Origin: Candidatus Latescibacterota bacterium
Lineage (GTDB): Bacteria; Latescibacterota; UBA2968
DNA: 64,000 bases
NCBI GenBank assembly: GCA_965198115.1
Contig: OZ240241.1
Coordinates: 96,001-160,000, forward strand
Direction: 5' to 3'
In this document: positions 11,694-22,093 of the stretch, piece by piece
Layout: the number at the start of each line of letters is the position of its first letter
Numbering within the stretch: position 1 is the first letter of the stretch
Notes under the pieces: generated by a model
Database searches by the model: none
What the model saw: the letters and a program-made list of their open reading frames with translations, nothing else
What the model was told of the DNA's origin: nothing
Position numbers and translations under genes: made by a program

Positions 11694-14600
11694 ATGTTCG
11701 GCGACTTCACCCGTCGTATCCGGCCCGCACACCTCGCATGGCCGCTCTTTGCTCTGCTGCTTTTTTCCCATTCCCAAGGATCGGCCCAGGTGACATTGAC
11801 CGGCACCGTGGTGGATGCCGACGATGGCCTCGGATTGCCCGGAGCCAACATTGTCGTTGAGGATGCCGTGACGGGAGGCGCCATCACCGATGCGCAGGGC
11901 GCCTTCAGAGTCGACGTCGACCGCCTGCCCGCGACCTTGATCGTCAGTCATATCGGCTACGAGACGAACAGGGTGGTTGTCAGCGAAAACGTGGCCATCG
12001 AAATCATGCTGCGCGGGGTCGCTGTGGAAATGGAGGAGCTGGTTATCGTCGGCAGTCGCGCGGAGGGGCGCTCGGTCACCAAGTCGGCCGTACCGGTCGA
12101 CGTCATCCGGGCTGAGGACTTCGCCCGCCAGGGCAGTATCGACCTGGCAGATCAGTTGCGGACCGTCGTCCCCTCCTTCAACATCAACATTCAGCCGATC
12201 AGCGACGCGGCGACCATCGTCCGGCCGGCGAACCTGCGCAACTTGGCGCCCGATCACACGCTGATCCTGGTCAACGGCAAGCGCCGCCACCGCGCGGCGG
12301 TCATCGCTTGGCTCGGCAACGGTATCGCGGACGGCTCGCAGGGGCCGGATATTTCCGTCATCCCCTCGATTGCGATCCGGCAGGCCGAGGTACTGCGCGA
12401 CGGCGCTGCGGCACAGTACGGCTCGGACGCCATCGCCGGCGTCATGAACTTCCAACTCAAAAATGCCCGATCGGGCGGTAGCCTGGAGTTGCGTACAGGA
12501 GCCTACCGCGATGCGAGCCCGGGCGACACGTCAACCTGCGGGGAAGGAATCATCGGCGACATCAAGCATTCCTGTAACGGGATCGGCGGACATGGCCGCC
12601 GGTTCACGATCGCCGGCAATGTCGGGCTGCCGCTCGGTCCGAACGGGTTCGTGAACCTCAGTATGGAGTACGGCAACGCCAGTCCGACCAGCCGCAGCAT
12701 TCAGCGCAACGATGCGCAGGCCATCATCGCAGCCGGCAATACAAACCTGCGCAACACGGCGCAGGTCTGGGGATCGCCGGAAATCGAGGACGACCTGAAG
12801 CTGTTCGGCAACTTCGGCTACCTGTTCGACAACGGATTTCAGTTCTACGGCCACAGCAACTTCACGAGCCGCAGGGTGACCGGCGGATTCTACTTCCGCA
12901 ATCCGCATACGCGCGGCGGCGTGTTCCGCGGTCACAGACTTCACCCCATCTCTCGCCTCAACGTATACAACGCCGACGGCGTGTTCACGAATTTCCCCGA
13001 TCCCAAGGAGCTCGACCCCGAGGAGTCTGATCACCGCGACGCCATCGTTTACGATGCAAACGGCCAAGTCGCGAGCCTCCCCGGGCAGGCGGGCACCCCT
13101 TCGCTCCTCGTCGGCGACCGGCGCTGGGCCGAGACCGGCGCCTACGCCGCAGGCGGCTGCGCCACGATCCCGATCGTCGGCAACGTTCCGGATGCGGCCG
13201 CCCTCAGGGCGGTCGAGGACGACCCGAACTGCTTCACGCTCTACAGCCGGTTCCCCGGCGGGTTCACGCCGCAGTTCGGCGGCGACCTCATCGACTATTC
13301 ACTGGTCAGTGGCCTTCGCGGGTCCATGAGCAACGGCTTGATTTGGGATGCGAGCGTCAACATCGGCACCAGCGACGTTAAACAGTTCATCTTCGATACG
13401 GTCAACGCGTCGCTCGGCTACGACACGCCGACGTCGTTCAAGCCGGGAAGCTACCGGCAGGACGATATCAACTCCAACTTCGACGTCTCGTACCAGGTCA
13501 ACGATTTCGTGCACGCCGCGGGCGGCGCGGAGTGGCGCCAGGAAAAGTTCACGATCGGCGGGGGCGGGCGGCCGTCGTGGGAGATCGGTCCGTATGCCGC
13601 ACAGGGCTTCAGTTCCGGTTCGAACGGCTTCAACGGCTACCGGGAAGACACGACGGCGGGGGACTGGAGCCGCAGCAACATTGCGGCCTACGGGGACGTC
13701 GAGTTCACCGACCCGGGCGACCGGTGGATGATCGGTACAGCCGTCCGGTTTGAAAACTTCGAGGACTTCGGCACAACGACGAACGGCAAGGTCTCAGGGC
13801 GCGTCGGGTTGACCGACGCGGTCTCTCTTCGCGCCGCGGTCAGCAGCGGGTTCCGCGCGCCGACTCCGGGGCAACAGAACGCGTTCAACGTGACGACCGC
13901 GTTCATCGGAGGGCAGTTGACCAACAACGGCGTTGTCCCGTCCACGTCCGCGGTGGCCATCGAAAGGGGCGGCGAGCAGCTCCAGCCTGAGAAGTCGCTC
14001 AACTACAGCGCAGGCGCAGTGGTCGAGCAGGGGCCGCTCACCTTCACCGCCGACTTCTTCCGCATCGACATCGACGACCGCCTCGCCCTTTCCCAAGAAA
14101 TCAAACTGACGGAAAGCGAGATCCAGACGCTGCTCGCGGAAGGGATTGCCGAGGCGCAGAATTTCCCGGTGTTCCGGTTCTTCCTGAACGACTTTTCGAC
14201 GACGACCCAGGGCATCGACCTGATTTCGACCCTGGCGGTCGGGTCCACGACGTTCAGCGCGGTCTTCAACTACACGGACACGGCGATCAAAAACGTCGAA
14301 GCCGACACCGCCATCGATGAATTCCGCATCTATACGCTGGAACAGGGACTGCCGAAGACCCGGTGGAACTTGACCGTCAACCACACCGCCGCACGGTGGA
14401 GCCTGCTGGCCCGCCTGAGCTACTTCGGCGAGTTCTGGGACAGCGAGGATGCGCGGAACGCGAACGACCTGGGCGCCGTGAGCGAATCCGTTCTGTATCC
14501 GGCCTATTCCGGCAAGGCGCTGCTCGACGTCGAGCTCGGTATTCCGCTCGTCAGCGGCGCCACGCTGGCGCTCGGCGTCCAGAACGTGCTGAACACCTAC

Positions 14601-14720
14601 CCCGAGGTGAACAAGAACGGCGCGGACACGGTGGGCAACCAGTACGGCCAGTTCTCGCCGTTCGGCTTCAACGGCGCCTACTACTACACCCGTCTCGGTT
14701 ATTCCTTTGACAAGCCGTAG
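11694..14720 (+). CDS. TonB-dependent receptor with N-terminal carboxypeptidase-regulatory-like domain
   Basis: Signal peptide, LTGTVVDA..LPGANI, plug (LVNGKRRH, VLRDGAAAQYGSDAIAGVMNF), C-terminal SPFGFNGAYYYTRLGYSF. Confidence 0.95.
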   Translation: MFGDFTRRIRPAHLAWPLFALLLFSHSQGSAQVTLTGTVVDADDGLGLPGANIVVEDAVTGGAITDAQGAFRVDVDRLPATLIVSHIGYETNRVVVSENVAIEIMLRGVAVEMEELVIVGSRAEGRSVTKSAVPVDVIRAEDFARQGSIDLADQLRTVVPSFNINIQPISDAATIVRPANLRNLAPDHTLILVNGKRRHRAAVIAWLGNGIADGSQGPDISVIPSIAIRQAEVLRDGAAAQYGSDAIAGVMNFQLKNARSGGSLELRTGAYRDASPGDTSTCGEGIIGDIKHSCNGIGGHGRRFTIAGNVGLPLGPNGFVNLSMEYGNASPTSRSIQRNDAQAIIAAGNTNLRNTAQVWGSPEIEDDLKLFGNFGYLFDNGFQFYGHSNFTSRRVTGGFYFRNPHTRGGVFRGHRLHPISRLNVYNADGVFTNFPDPKELDPEESDHRDAIVYDANGQVASLPGQAGTPSLLVGDRRWAETGAYAAGGCATIPIVGNVPDAAALRAVEDDPNCFTLYSRFPGGFTPQFGGDLIDYSLVSGLRGSMSNGLIWDASVNIGTSDVKQFIFDTVNASLGYDTPTSFKPGSYRQDDINSNFDVSYQVNDFVHAAGGAEWRQEKFTIGGGGRPSWEIGPYAAQGFSSGSNGFNGYREDTTAGDWSRSNIAAYGDVEFTDPGDRWMIGTAVRFENFEDFGTTTNGKVSGRVGLTDAVSLRAAVSSGFRAPTPGQQNAFNVTTAFIGGQLTNNGVVPSTSAVAIERGGEQLQPEKSLNYSAGAVVEQGPLTFTADFFRIDIDDRLALSQEIKLTESEIQTLLAEGIAEAQNFPVFRFFLNDFSTTTQGIDLISTLAVGSTTFSAVFNYTDTAIKNVEADTAIDEFRIYTLEQGLPKTRWNLTVNHTAARWSLLARLSYFGEFWDSEDARNANDLGAVSESVLYPAYSGKALLDVELGIPLVSGATLALGVQNVLNTYPEVNKNGADTVGNQYGQFSPFGFNGAYYYTRLGYSFDKP

Positions 14721-14795
14721 TCTCTAAACGCTACGTTGCGCTGGCGTTCGCTTGCCGAGCTGGTATCCGGCACCTGGAGGTCTCTCGGGCCGAGG

Positions 14796-14888
14796 TTGGC
14801 GCTCTCCACCGTGACCGCGCACGGACAGGTCGTACTCGATCTGGATGTCGCGACAGGCAACCAGGGCGTCCGTGAGCGGACTGTCAAA
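14796..14888 (+). pseudogene. Remnant N-terminus of a paralogue of the cohesin-like protein at 1-1182
   Basis: LALSTVTAHGQVVLDLDVATGNQGVRERTV vs CASTAAGQVLLDLDASPGDQGVRERTV. Confidence 0.7.
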
Positions 14889-14949
14889 CGATTTCGTTTG
14901 CTTCGGCGATTTCCGACGTTGGGTGGGTGTAAAACGCACGAGTGCTCTC

Positions 14950-15344
14950 CCAGCCTGGACGACATAAACCTTCCCATCGCGGAACTCGAGCCCGTGTGAA
15001 CTCGACTTGCCATCGTCCCCATTCATTTGACGACCCGCGGTCACGCCAGTACCCGGATCCGGATACCGTGCAATCGTCTTTCCGTTGGCTGGGTCGATCT
15101 TTACGATCTCGAGATCATAGGTCGAAGCGATCCAGACAGCGTCATCGCCTAGGGTAATGCCGCTCGAATGCTCCGTTTCCGTGTCGAACTCGTGCAAGAC
15201 CTCGCCGCTGTCCCAGTCCAGCTTATGAACTTTCAGATTTACTTGATCGATACACCAAAGCGCATCATCGGCCGCCTGAAGTCCGTTCGGTTGGGGTCCG
15301 GGACTCTGGAATCTCTTGTCGACCGACGCAGTATACTTTGCCAT
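14950..15344 (-). pseudogene. Truncated beta-propeller protein (glutamine cyclotransferase/PQQ-like)
   Basis: MAKYTAS..SPGPQPNGLQ..SSGITLGDDAVWIAS..SHGLEFRDGK repeats; reading continues into unrelated sequence. Confidence 0.55.
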
Positions 15345-15406
15345 CTCGCGTCTCCTCATCATTCGTGGGAAAGGACACGCCAAAATGCGGCATCAATCAC
15401 CCGAAC

Positions 15407-18326
15407 TCAAGAAGAGGGAATCGTTGTCACAGAATCGGCCGTGCGCGCGAAAATGTGCTCAACCCCCGCTGCGTCTCTTCCGTCCCGGCCATCTTTTCCC
15501 TGAGCGCCCTGTCCACCATCCTCGCCGCGTAGATCACTAACGTCCGTCGATCCCAGCACCACCGGAGCCGTGAAGTCACTCCATTGTGAGGTGCCAGTGT
15601 TCCAGGATCTGGCAGTCCGCCAGATGACGACGGACCCTGAAGTTGGTTTTATCCTCGGAATCGAATCGAAGTCAGTCCAGCCGCTCGGCACAAAGTCGTC
15701 ATTTACGCGGTCGGCTTCCGACGGATATGTTGGGGCTTGAGGCGGACTGGCAAGCAGGCTCCATTTGTAGAATTCCTGCGGCGGTTTTCCCGATTCTCCC
15801 TGGGCACCGTCCTCGCCTTCGACTCGAATAGGTGTGTCGTGCACCCATTCCGTCGCAAGTATGGTGCGGACACAGGAGTAAAGGGGCGTCGCCCGTGGGC
15901 GGGTCTGTGGACCACCCGGTGTCGGGCGCGGGATAGTTTGCTGGATTCCTGTCGGCTGGCTGGTTGGCCGGTTTTGGGGTGTCGTGGTCTGCCGTTTGTA
16001 GATGACGTCGATGTTTGTTGCGGTGGCCACGAGGCGAGGCGTCGAGAAGGTCAGGGATGTGTCGGTCCCTCCGGCCGTCGCCGTGGCGCCGACGGTGGAG
16101 GCGAACACATATTCGAGTTTCGGATTGAGGTTGTCCGGCCACTCTAGTGTCACGTCCCGCGTATAAGCTTCAAAAGTTTATGGACTTTTCTCGAGGATTG
16201 AATCTGCCGTGGCGGTCCAGACGAAGGGTGTAGAATTCTCGTTGTAGTGATCAGTGAATTTCTTGATGCAGGCGATCAGGTCCTTGACGCTTCTGAAGGT
16301 GCCTCGTCGAATGGCTCTTTGGGTGATGATACCGAACCAGATCTCTACCTGGTTCAGCCAGGAGGCATATGTTGGTGTGTAGTGCACGTGATATCGTTTC
16401 CGTGAGGCGAGCCAACGCTTGACGTTCGGGTGCTTGTGCGTGCCGTAATTATCGACGACCAGATGGATGTCGAGATCCTTTGGGACGTTCTTGTCGATGT
16501 GCTTGAGGAACTGAAGGAACTCTTTGTTGCGGTGTCTGGGCTTGCACTGAGTCAGAACTTTGCCGGATGCGATGTTGAGCGCTGCAAAGAGGGTGGTCGT
16601 GCCGTTCCGGATATAGCTGTGAGTGACGCCCTCGACGTATCCGAGACCCAAAGGAAGAATCGGTTGTGTCCGTTCGAGTGCTTGAATCTGGCTCTTCTCG
16701 TCTACACAGAGCACCATCGCGTTGTCCGGTGGGTTCAGGTATAGACCGACGATATCCCTGACTTTCTCGACGAAGAAGGGATCGTTCGACAGTTTGAAGT
16801 GCTTCTGTCGATGCGGTTGCAGTCCAAAAGCTTTCCATACACGTTGAACCGAGGACTTGGAGAGCCCCGTCTCGTCGGCCATCGAACGACAGGTCCAGTG
16901 GGTGGCACCCTTCGGTTGCTTCTTGAGCGTCTTGTAGATGAGGGAGGAGATCTCTTCGTCGCTGACCGACCGTGGCCCTCCAGGACGCAATTCGTCATAC
17001 AGTCCCATCAAGCCTTGCTCGCAGAAGCGACGACGCCACTTGCCGACAGACGCTCCGGACAACCCGACTCGTTCCGCGATCTCCTGATTGGTCAGACCGC
17101 AATCGCTCATCAAGACGATCTTCGCGCGACGCACCAAAGCGTGAGACATGCTACGCGAACGAGACAATGACTCGAGTTGATCGTGGACCTCATCACTGAT
17201 GTTCAGTGGCTGTAACGGACGACCTCTAGCCATCGGTTCCTCCCAAGAATGAGTGCTTGAGGAACCATACGACAGAATCGAATATTTTTCTAGTTATTCC
17301 TGGGACGTGACACTAGAGACCATGGCGACGCAAGGCCGGTAAATGTGCTCGTGGCAAAGTCGTAGTTGGTGGCCGTGGGGAGGGGCAGGGCGACGCCGCC
17401 CCCGAGCGCTGACGCCGTTTCGGTGACTGTGGCTTTGCGAAACACGATGAGCTCTGCCACAGACAGGCCGGCTATTCCCTGTGCTTGTTCGCCGGGTGTG
17501 ACTGTGGCCTTGACTTCGCCCGAAGCGTTTCCCCATGTGTCGATGTGTCTTATCCAGACGTCGAGTGTGTCTGTGGCGAGGCCGGGACGGGAGTAGGACG
17601 AGCCGGCTCTGGTGGCGCGTAGTGTGGCGTCGGTGAACGCCGTTCCCGTCGCGGCGTCGTAGACTTCTGTGTGGTGGTAGTCGGTGTCGGGGGATGCCGT
17701 CCACGTTGCCTGGTATCCCGCGGGCAGGGAGGTGATGGTGAAGTTTTCGGGATCTGCCGGCGGGATCTGGTCGCCCTCTACAATGACGGCTGCGGCGGCG
17801 GTCCAGTTCGACGAGATGTTTTCTCGGGACACATGGCGGAGTTGGTATTCAAAGTCGCTTGGGGGCAGGGGTGCGACGCGTATGGGAGACTCGGGGCTGT
17901 TTAGAAAAATCCACTGTGTGTCTTCGGCTTTGCGGTATCGGAGGTCGGTGTTCGTGGTGACCGTGTCGCCCCACCCGATTGTGAATCCTGCAATGGACGT
18001 TCCGTCTTGGATTTTTTCGATAAAGGCCGTGGCCGTGACGCCCGTGGGGATCGCGACGTCGGTAGGGTCGGCGATGTCGACGGTGTCGGAAAAAATGCCC
18101 GGGGGTGCGGCTTGCGCCTCGATGCTGACGGACCAGTTGTCGTTGACGGTGACGGTTAACACCTCGGCAAAGAAATCCGAAAGTCCGTTTTCGGTGTCGT
18201 TGATTTTATGCGGTCCGTGGGCCTGACTTTCAACCAGCTGTAGTCCGATCCCGGAGCCACGGTGTAGGCAAAGCGCTTGTATGCGTGTGCCCTGCGCAGG
18301 GCAATGGCCATTAGACGGTCTGCCGC
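15407..18326 (-). pseudogene. Phage tail tip/fibre protein remnant (FN3-like domains plus collagen-like GxDG repeats), split by IS630 and truncated by IS256
   Basis: RLMAIALRRA..; FN3-like YQLRHVSRENISSNWT, DQIPPADP, WIRHIDTWGNASG; GEDGAQG / GKDGRDG. IS removal rejoins ASPWSL|EWPDNL. Confidence 0.7.
16147..17313 (-). mobile_element. IS630-family element (transposase 16178-17233)
   Basis: Perfect IR GTGTCACGTCCC; TA duplication (16145-16146, 17314-17315); CVDEKSQIQA, VVDNYGTH, SWLNQVE motifs. Confidence 0.96.
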
Positions 18327-19700
18327 GAGCTCAGGTCAATAGGTGTGTAAAAGAAATCAGGCGGCCATCTTCCCGGCTTCGACCTGCGGTCCGGTTGAGT
18401 GTTTCTGATCGTAGACTTGTTGTAGCAAGTGTGGCGCGGTGAGTTTCCTGAATCGGCTCTCTGCGACCTTGAGCGTACGCCAGATGAGAGCCGTGGCGTT
18501 CCTGACTTTCTTGAATCGCCTGGCGGCGTTTGTGCGAAGCCGAACGGAAGCAAAGGGGCTCTCGACGACGTTCGTGGTTCTCAGGTGTTTCCAGTGTTCC
18601 TTCGGGAAGTCGTAGAACGTGACCATCCGATCCCAGTTTCTTTCGAGCGTCTCCACGGCGGCAGGGAACTGTGAGCGATACCGTGCGGCAAAGCGTTTCC
18701 GGAGCTTCTCGGCCTCCTTTTTCGTGCCGGCATAGGGGATCTGGACGAGCAGTGCGCGGGCTTCAGCCTGTGCACGCTTGGCGACCTTGTCGAGCACGTT
18801 GAGGATCTTGTGGTTCCAGCACCGTTGTTGCCGGCTCTCTGGCCAGACCTGATCAACGGCCGCCCAGATGCCCATATTCCCGTCCGCGGCGATCAGGACA
18901 GGATGTTCGAGCCCGCGATCCCGGAGATCCCGGAGCACCGTGAGCCAGGATTCTGTAGACTCTCGATAACCGGGTTCTATCGCCAGGATCTCCTTGCTGC
19001 CGTCGCTCATCGCGCCGATCACGACCAGCAGACACGCCTTCTCGCGCTCGAGCCCGGCTTTGACGTAGATGCCATCAGCCCAGGCGTAGACCAGTTCGCG
19101 ATTATCCAGACGCCTTTCTTTCCAGTCCTGGAAGTCGACCTCCCACTTCCCTCGAAGACGAGCGATCGAGGTCGGCGAAAGCGGCGCGCCATCACCGAGC
19201 AGCGCACGCAAAGACAACTCGAAGTCGCCCTGGGAGAGACCGTGGAGATAAAGGTCGGGAAGCAGATCTCCAATGGCCCTGGTTCTCCGGGCGAACAGGG
19301 GGAGGATGCGGCTTTCAAACCGCTCTTCCAGACCACGAGCCCGGGGACGCCGGACCTTGATCGTTCCGCAGCTCGTCGAGAGACGCCGGGGCTTGCCGTA
19401 GCCGTTCCTGTAGCCCGTGGAGCTATCGACCTCGGCTCGGCGCTCATACCACGACCGGCCCAAGAACGCGGTCGCCTCCTCCTCCAGAATGGACTGGAAC
19501 CGGCCCTGGATCTCTTCACGGATCCAATCGTCAACCGTCTCCCACGTCGGCATGGACTTCAATGGGGCTCTATGCGTATGTTCCTTCACGGCGATCCTCC
19601 TTCCCAACCGGGCCTCTCACCCGGTTTTGTGTGAATCAACTATCTCACGGGAAGGGTAGGGTCGCCCTTTCTCTTTTTCCACACCTTTTGATTATAGCTC
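18327..19700 (-). mobile_element. IS256-family element (transposase 18357-19607)
   Basis: YRNGY, YAWADGIY, QRCWNHK, RTTNVVES motifs; imperfect IRs GAGCTCAGGTCAATAGGTGTG / GAGCTATAATCAAAAGGTGTG; flanks show no TSD. Confidence 0.93.
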
Positions 19701-21084
19701 TCGATGTCTTTGACCTCATAAATGCGCTACTTAACCAAGCTCGACTTCGTCGAATCAGAGCGGATGAATGTCTATATCCTGCAAGTCATGTCGATCTTAT
19801 GTCAGGGCTACTGCTCACCCAAATATCTCTACTACCTTCTCCCGGGACACTGCGAAGTGAGGTGCTTATACCGAATGTGGAAGACTTCAGAGACCGTTGG
19901 GATCGGGCTGTCGATGCGCTTGCGACAGCGGTAGAGACTCTTCGGCACCCCCAAATGTATGGTTCGATATCGTCAAAGTACCTTCCCTACGTTTCGATTC
20001 TTCCTGCCTTCGCTGCGTTACAAATTGCACGTTCCTCCAACCGGCAGCTTGGATGCGAACGAAAGATTCGACATTGGTACTGGGCAAGTGTATTTACCAA
20101 TCGCTACTCGGGATCGGTAGAATCAACAAGCGCCCGAGACTACCTTGATGTAAAGGCGTGGTTCGACAACGACGCGGCAGAGCCTGCTCTTATTGCCGAA
20201 TTCAAAGCGCGATTCAGGGGGCTTGAGTTACGTCGTGAGACCCGTCGAGGAACTTCCGTTTATAACGGGGTTTTCAACCTGCTCGTGCTTAGGGGGGCTC
20301 AAGATTGGATGACGGGTCACGCGCCGAAGTACGATGATCTGGATGATCATCACATAGTACCCAAGAGTTGGGGCAGTGATCGAAAGCTTGAAACTTCTAT
20401 CGATAGTATTCTTAACCGAACGCCTTTAACTGCTGACACGAATCGGAATGTCATTCGCGAACGCTTGCCGAATGCCTATCTGCCAGAATTAATCAAAAAT
20501 AATGGGGAGGGCACGGTCTGCGCTACGCTGGAGTCTCACTTCATCTCGCCAAAGGCATTCGATATACTGCTGCGTGATCCTTTCACCGAAACCGACTTCG
20601 AGGAGTTTCTCGTTGAACGTCAGAGAACGCTTCAGGAAGCCATTGAGGGCCTGCTCGTGAAGGAAAGGCTGGACCTGCCGCCACAACTTAGAGAGTTAGA
20701 CGCACAGGTGGAGGCAGTCGAGCTTTCTCTAAGACAGATCGTAAACGAAGAACTCAACGGCCAAAACGCCGACATTCCCTCTCACGTAGCACAGAAGATT
20801 ACCGATAGGTTGCAGACGGCATCGAGAAGGAATCCTGCTTTGGACGCCGATCACTACGAAAGTCTTGAGGGAAGACTTGAATATGCTGACTTACGTGATT
20901 TACAGGATACCGTCACGAACAAGGGGCTGTGGTCGAGGTTCGAGCCACGCTTGGGGAATAAGGAGGCCCTCGTGCACCGTTTCGGGCAACTCGCTGAGCT
21001 TCGCAATGGAATCCGACACAGCCGGACGGTGGACGAGATGACGCGCAAGGATTGGGAAGCAGCCCTCTTTTTTTCCAAAGGTAT
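19701..21084 (+). pseudogene. GmrSD/DUF262-type HNH nuclease with C-terminal Swt1-like HEPN, 5'-truncated
   Basis: DDHHIVPKS (HNH), SILNRTPL..TN, LRNGIRHSR (HEPN RxxxxH); frame break near 19730-19850. Confidence 0.75.
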
Positions 21085-22092
21085 TGACCTGCCCCCACCT
21101 TTGTGTCCACATCCAAAGTTAGGATGCGGCCGCGATGGGCGGTTTGATGACCGCCGGTGCGGGTGGCCGCCGCGATGCTTATCGCTTGGCTCACTGGGGA
21201 CTTTGCGAAGGCTTCGTCGGCTACGGGCACTGGAGTCGTCTTTCCGTTTCTACGTCGAGAATTCTTGAGCGCATCGGTGGATCGTCAGGTCGGGCGTCCC
21301 GATCCGCTTTCACGCCTCTCGCCGGCTGCCACCCGCCCAGCTTGAGGGGGGGACCGATCCAGGGGCCGTGGCCTTCACCTCTCCTTGGGGTTCCCGGTCC
21401 GATTGACCATCGCTCGTCGGAGCTTAGTACTCCTGTTCGCAAATACGGTGACGTATTCTAAGCAGACTTTGCCAAGGGCGTATCGTAGAACCTGAGTTTG
21501 TCGATCATCTCCGCGAGATCTGTTCGTGTGAACTTCCATTTGAAGGGTGTGGCGATACGTCCGTAGCGTTCCTGAAAACCGAGGATTCTTGCCTCAAGCT
21601 CTTCGAGCGATGCAAATTCGATAGGTGTCAGAGCCTTGCGTTTGAGGATCGAGAAGTAGATCTCGATCTGATTGAGCCAGCTTGCGTGGATCGGAAGGTG
21701 AACGGGGTGGATGTTTGGCCACTTCCCCTGGATACGGTCGATGCATGTTTGCCCTCGGTGCGAGGGTCGCAAGAGATCGTCTTCGTCGAACGCCGCCCTG
21801 AACGACGGCGGGCATCAGCTTGTATCCGTCCTTCCGCCTCCGGCCTGAAAGTCGCCCAGGTCCTGATCGTAGAGGCGCTCGAGCAGGGCCTCCCTCCGGC
21901 TCTTCGGCAGGGCTTTGAAGTTCCGCGCGTCATCGGGGACCGGCGCTACCGCCGCGACGGTAGAGGCCCGGCCGTCGACCCACACCACGAGGTGCGACAG
22001 CTCCTCACTGCAGCCGCCTGAAACCATCACATGCCGCTGTCCAATTTCAACAGCGAAAAAGACATTGCCGATACATAGGTGGGGGCAGGTCA
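21085..22092. mobile_element. Internally deleted IS3-family derivative carrying cargo
   Basis: IRs TGACCTGCCCCCACCTTTGTGTC / TGACCTGCCCCCACCTATGTATC; the left end matches the IS3 end at 35484; no transposase. Confidence 0.7.
21423..21765 (-). mobile_element. 3' fragment of IS630 (copy 3 of the element at 1273)
   Basis: Near-identical to 2204-2544; ends in CTTAG. Confidence 0.9.
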
Positions 22093-22093
22093 C

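Noticed and set aside
19562-19700. Start of the 568-aa ORF
   Set aside because: The first ~46 codons lie inside the IS256 end, so this is a chimeric read-in rather than a true N-terminus.
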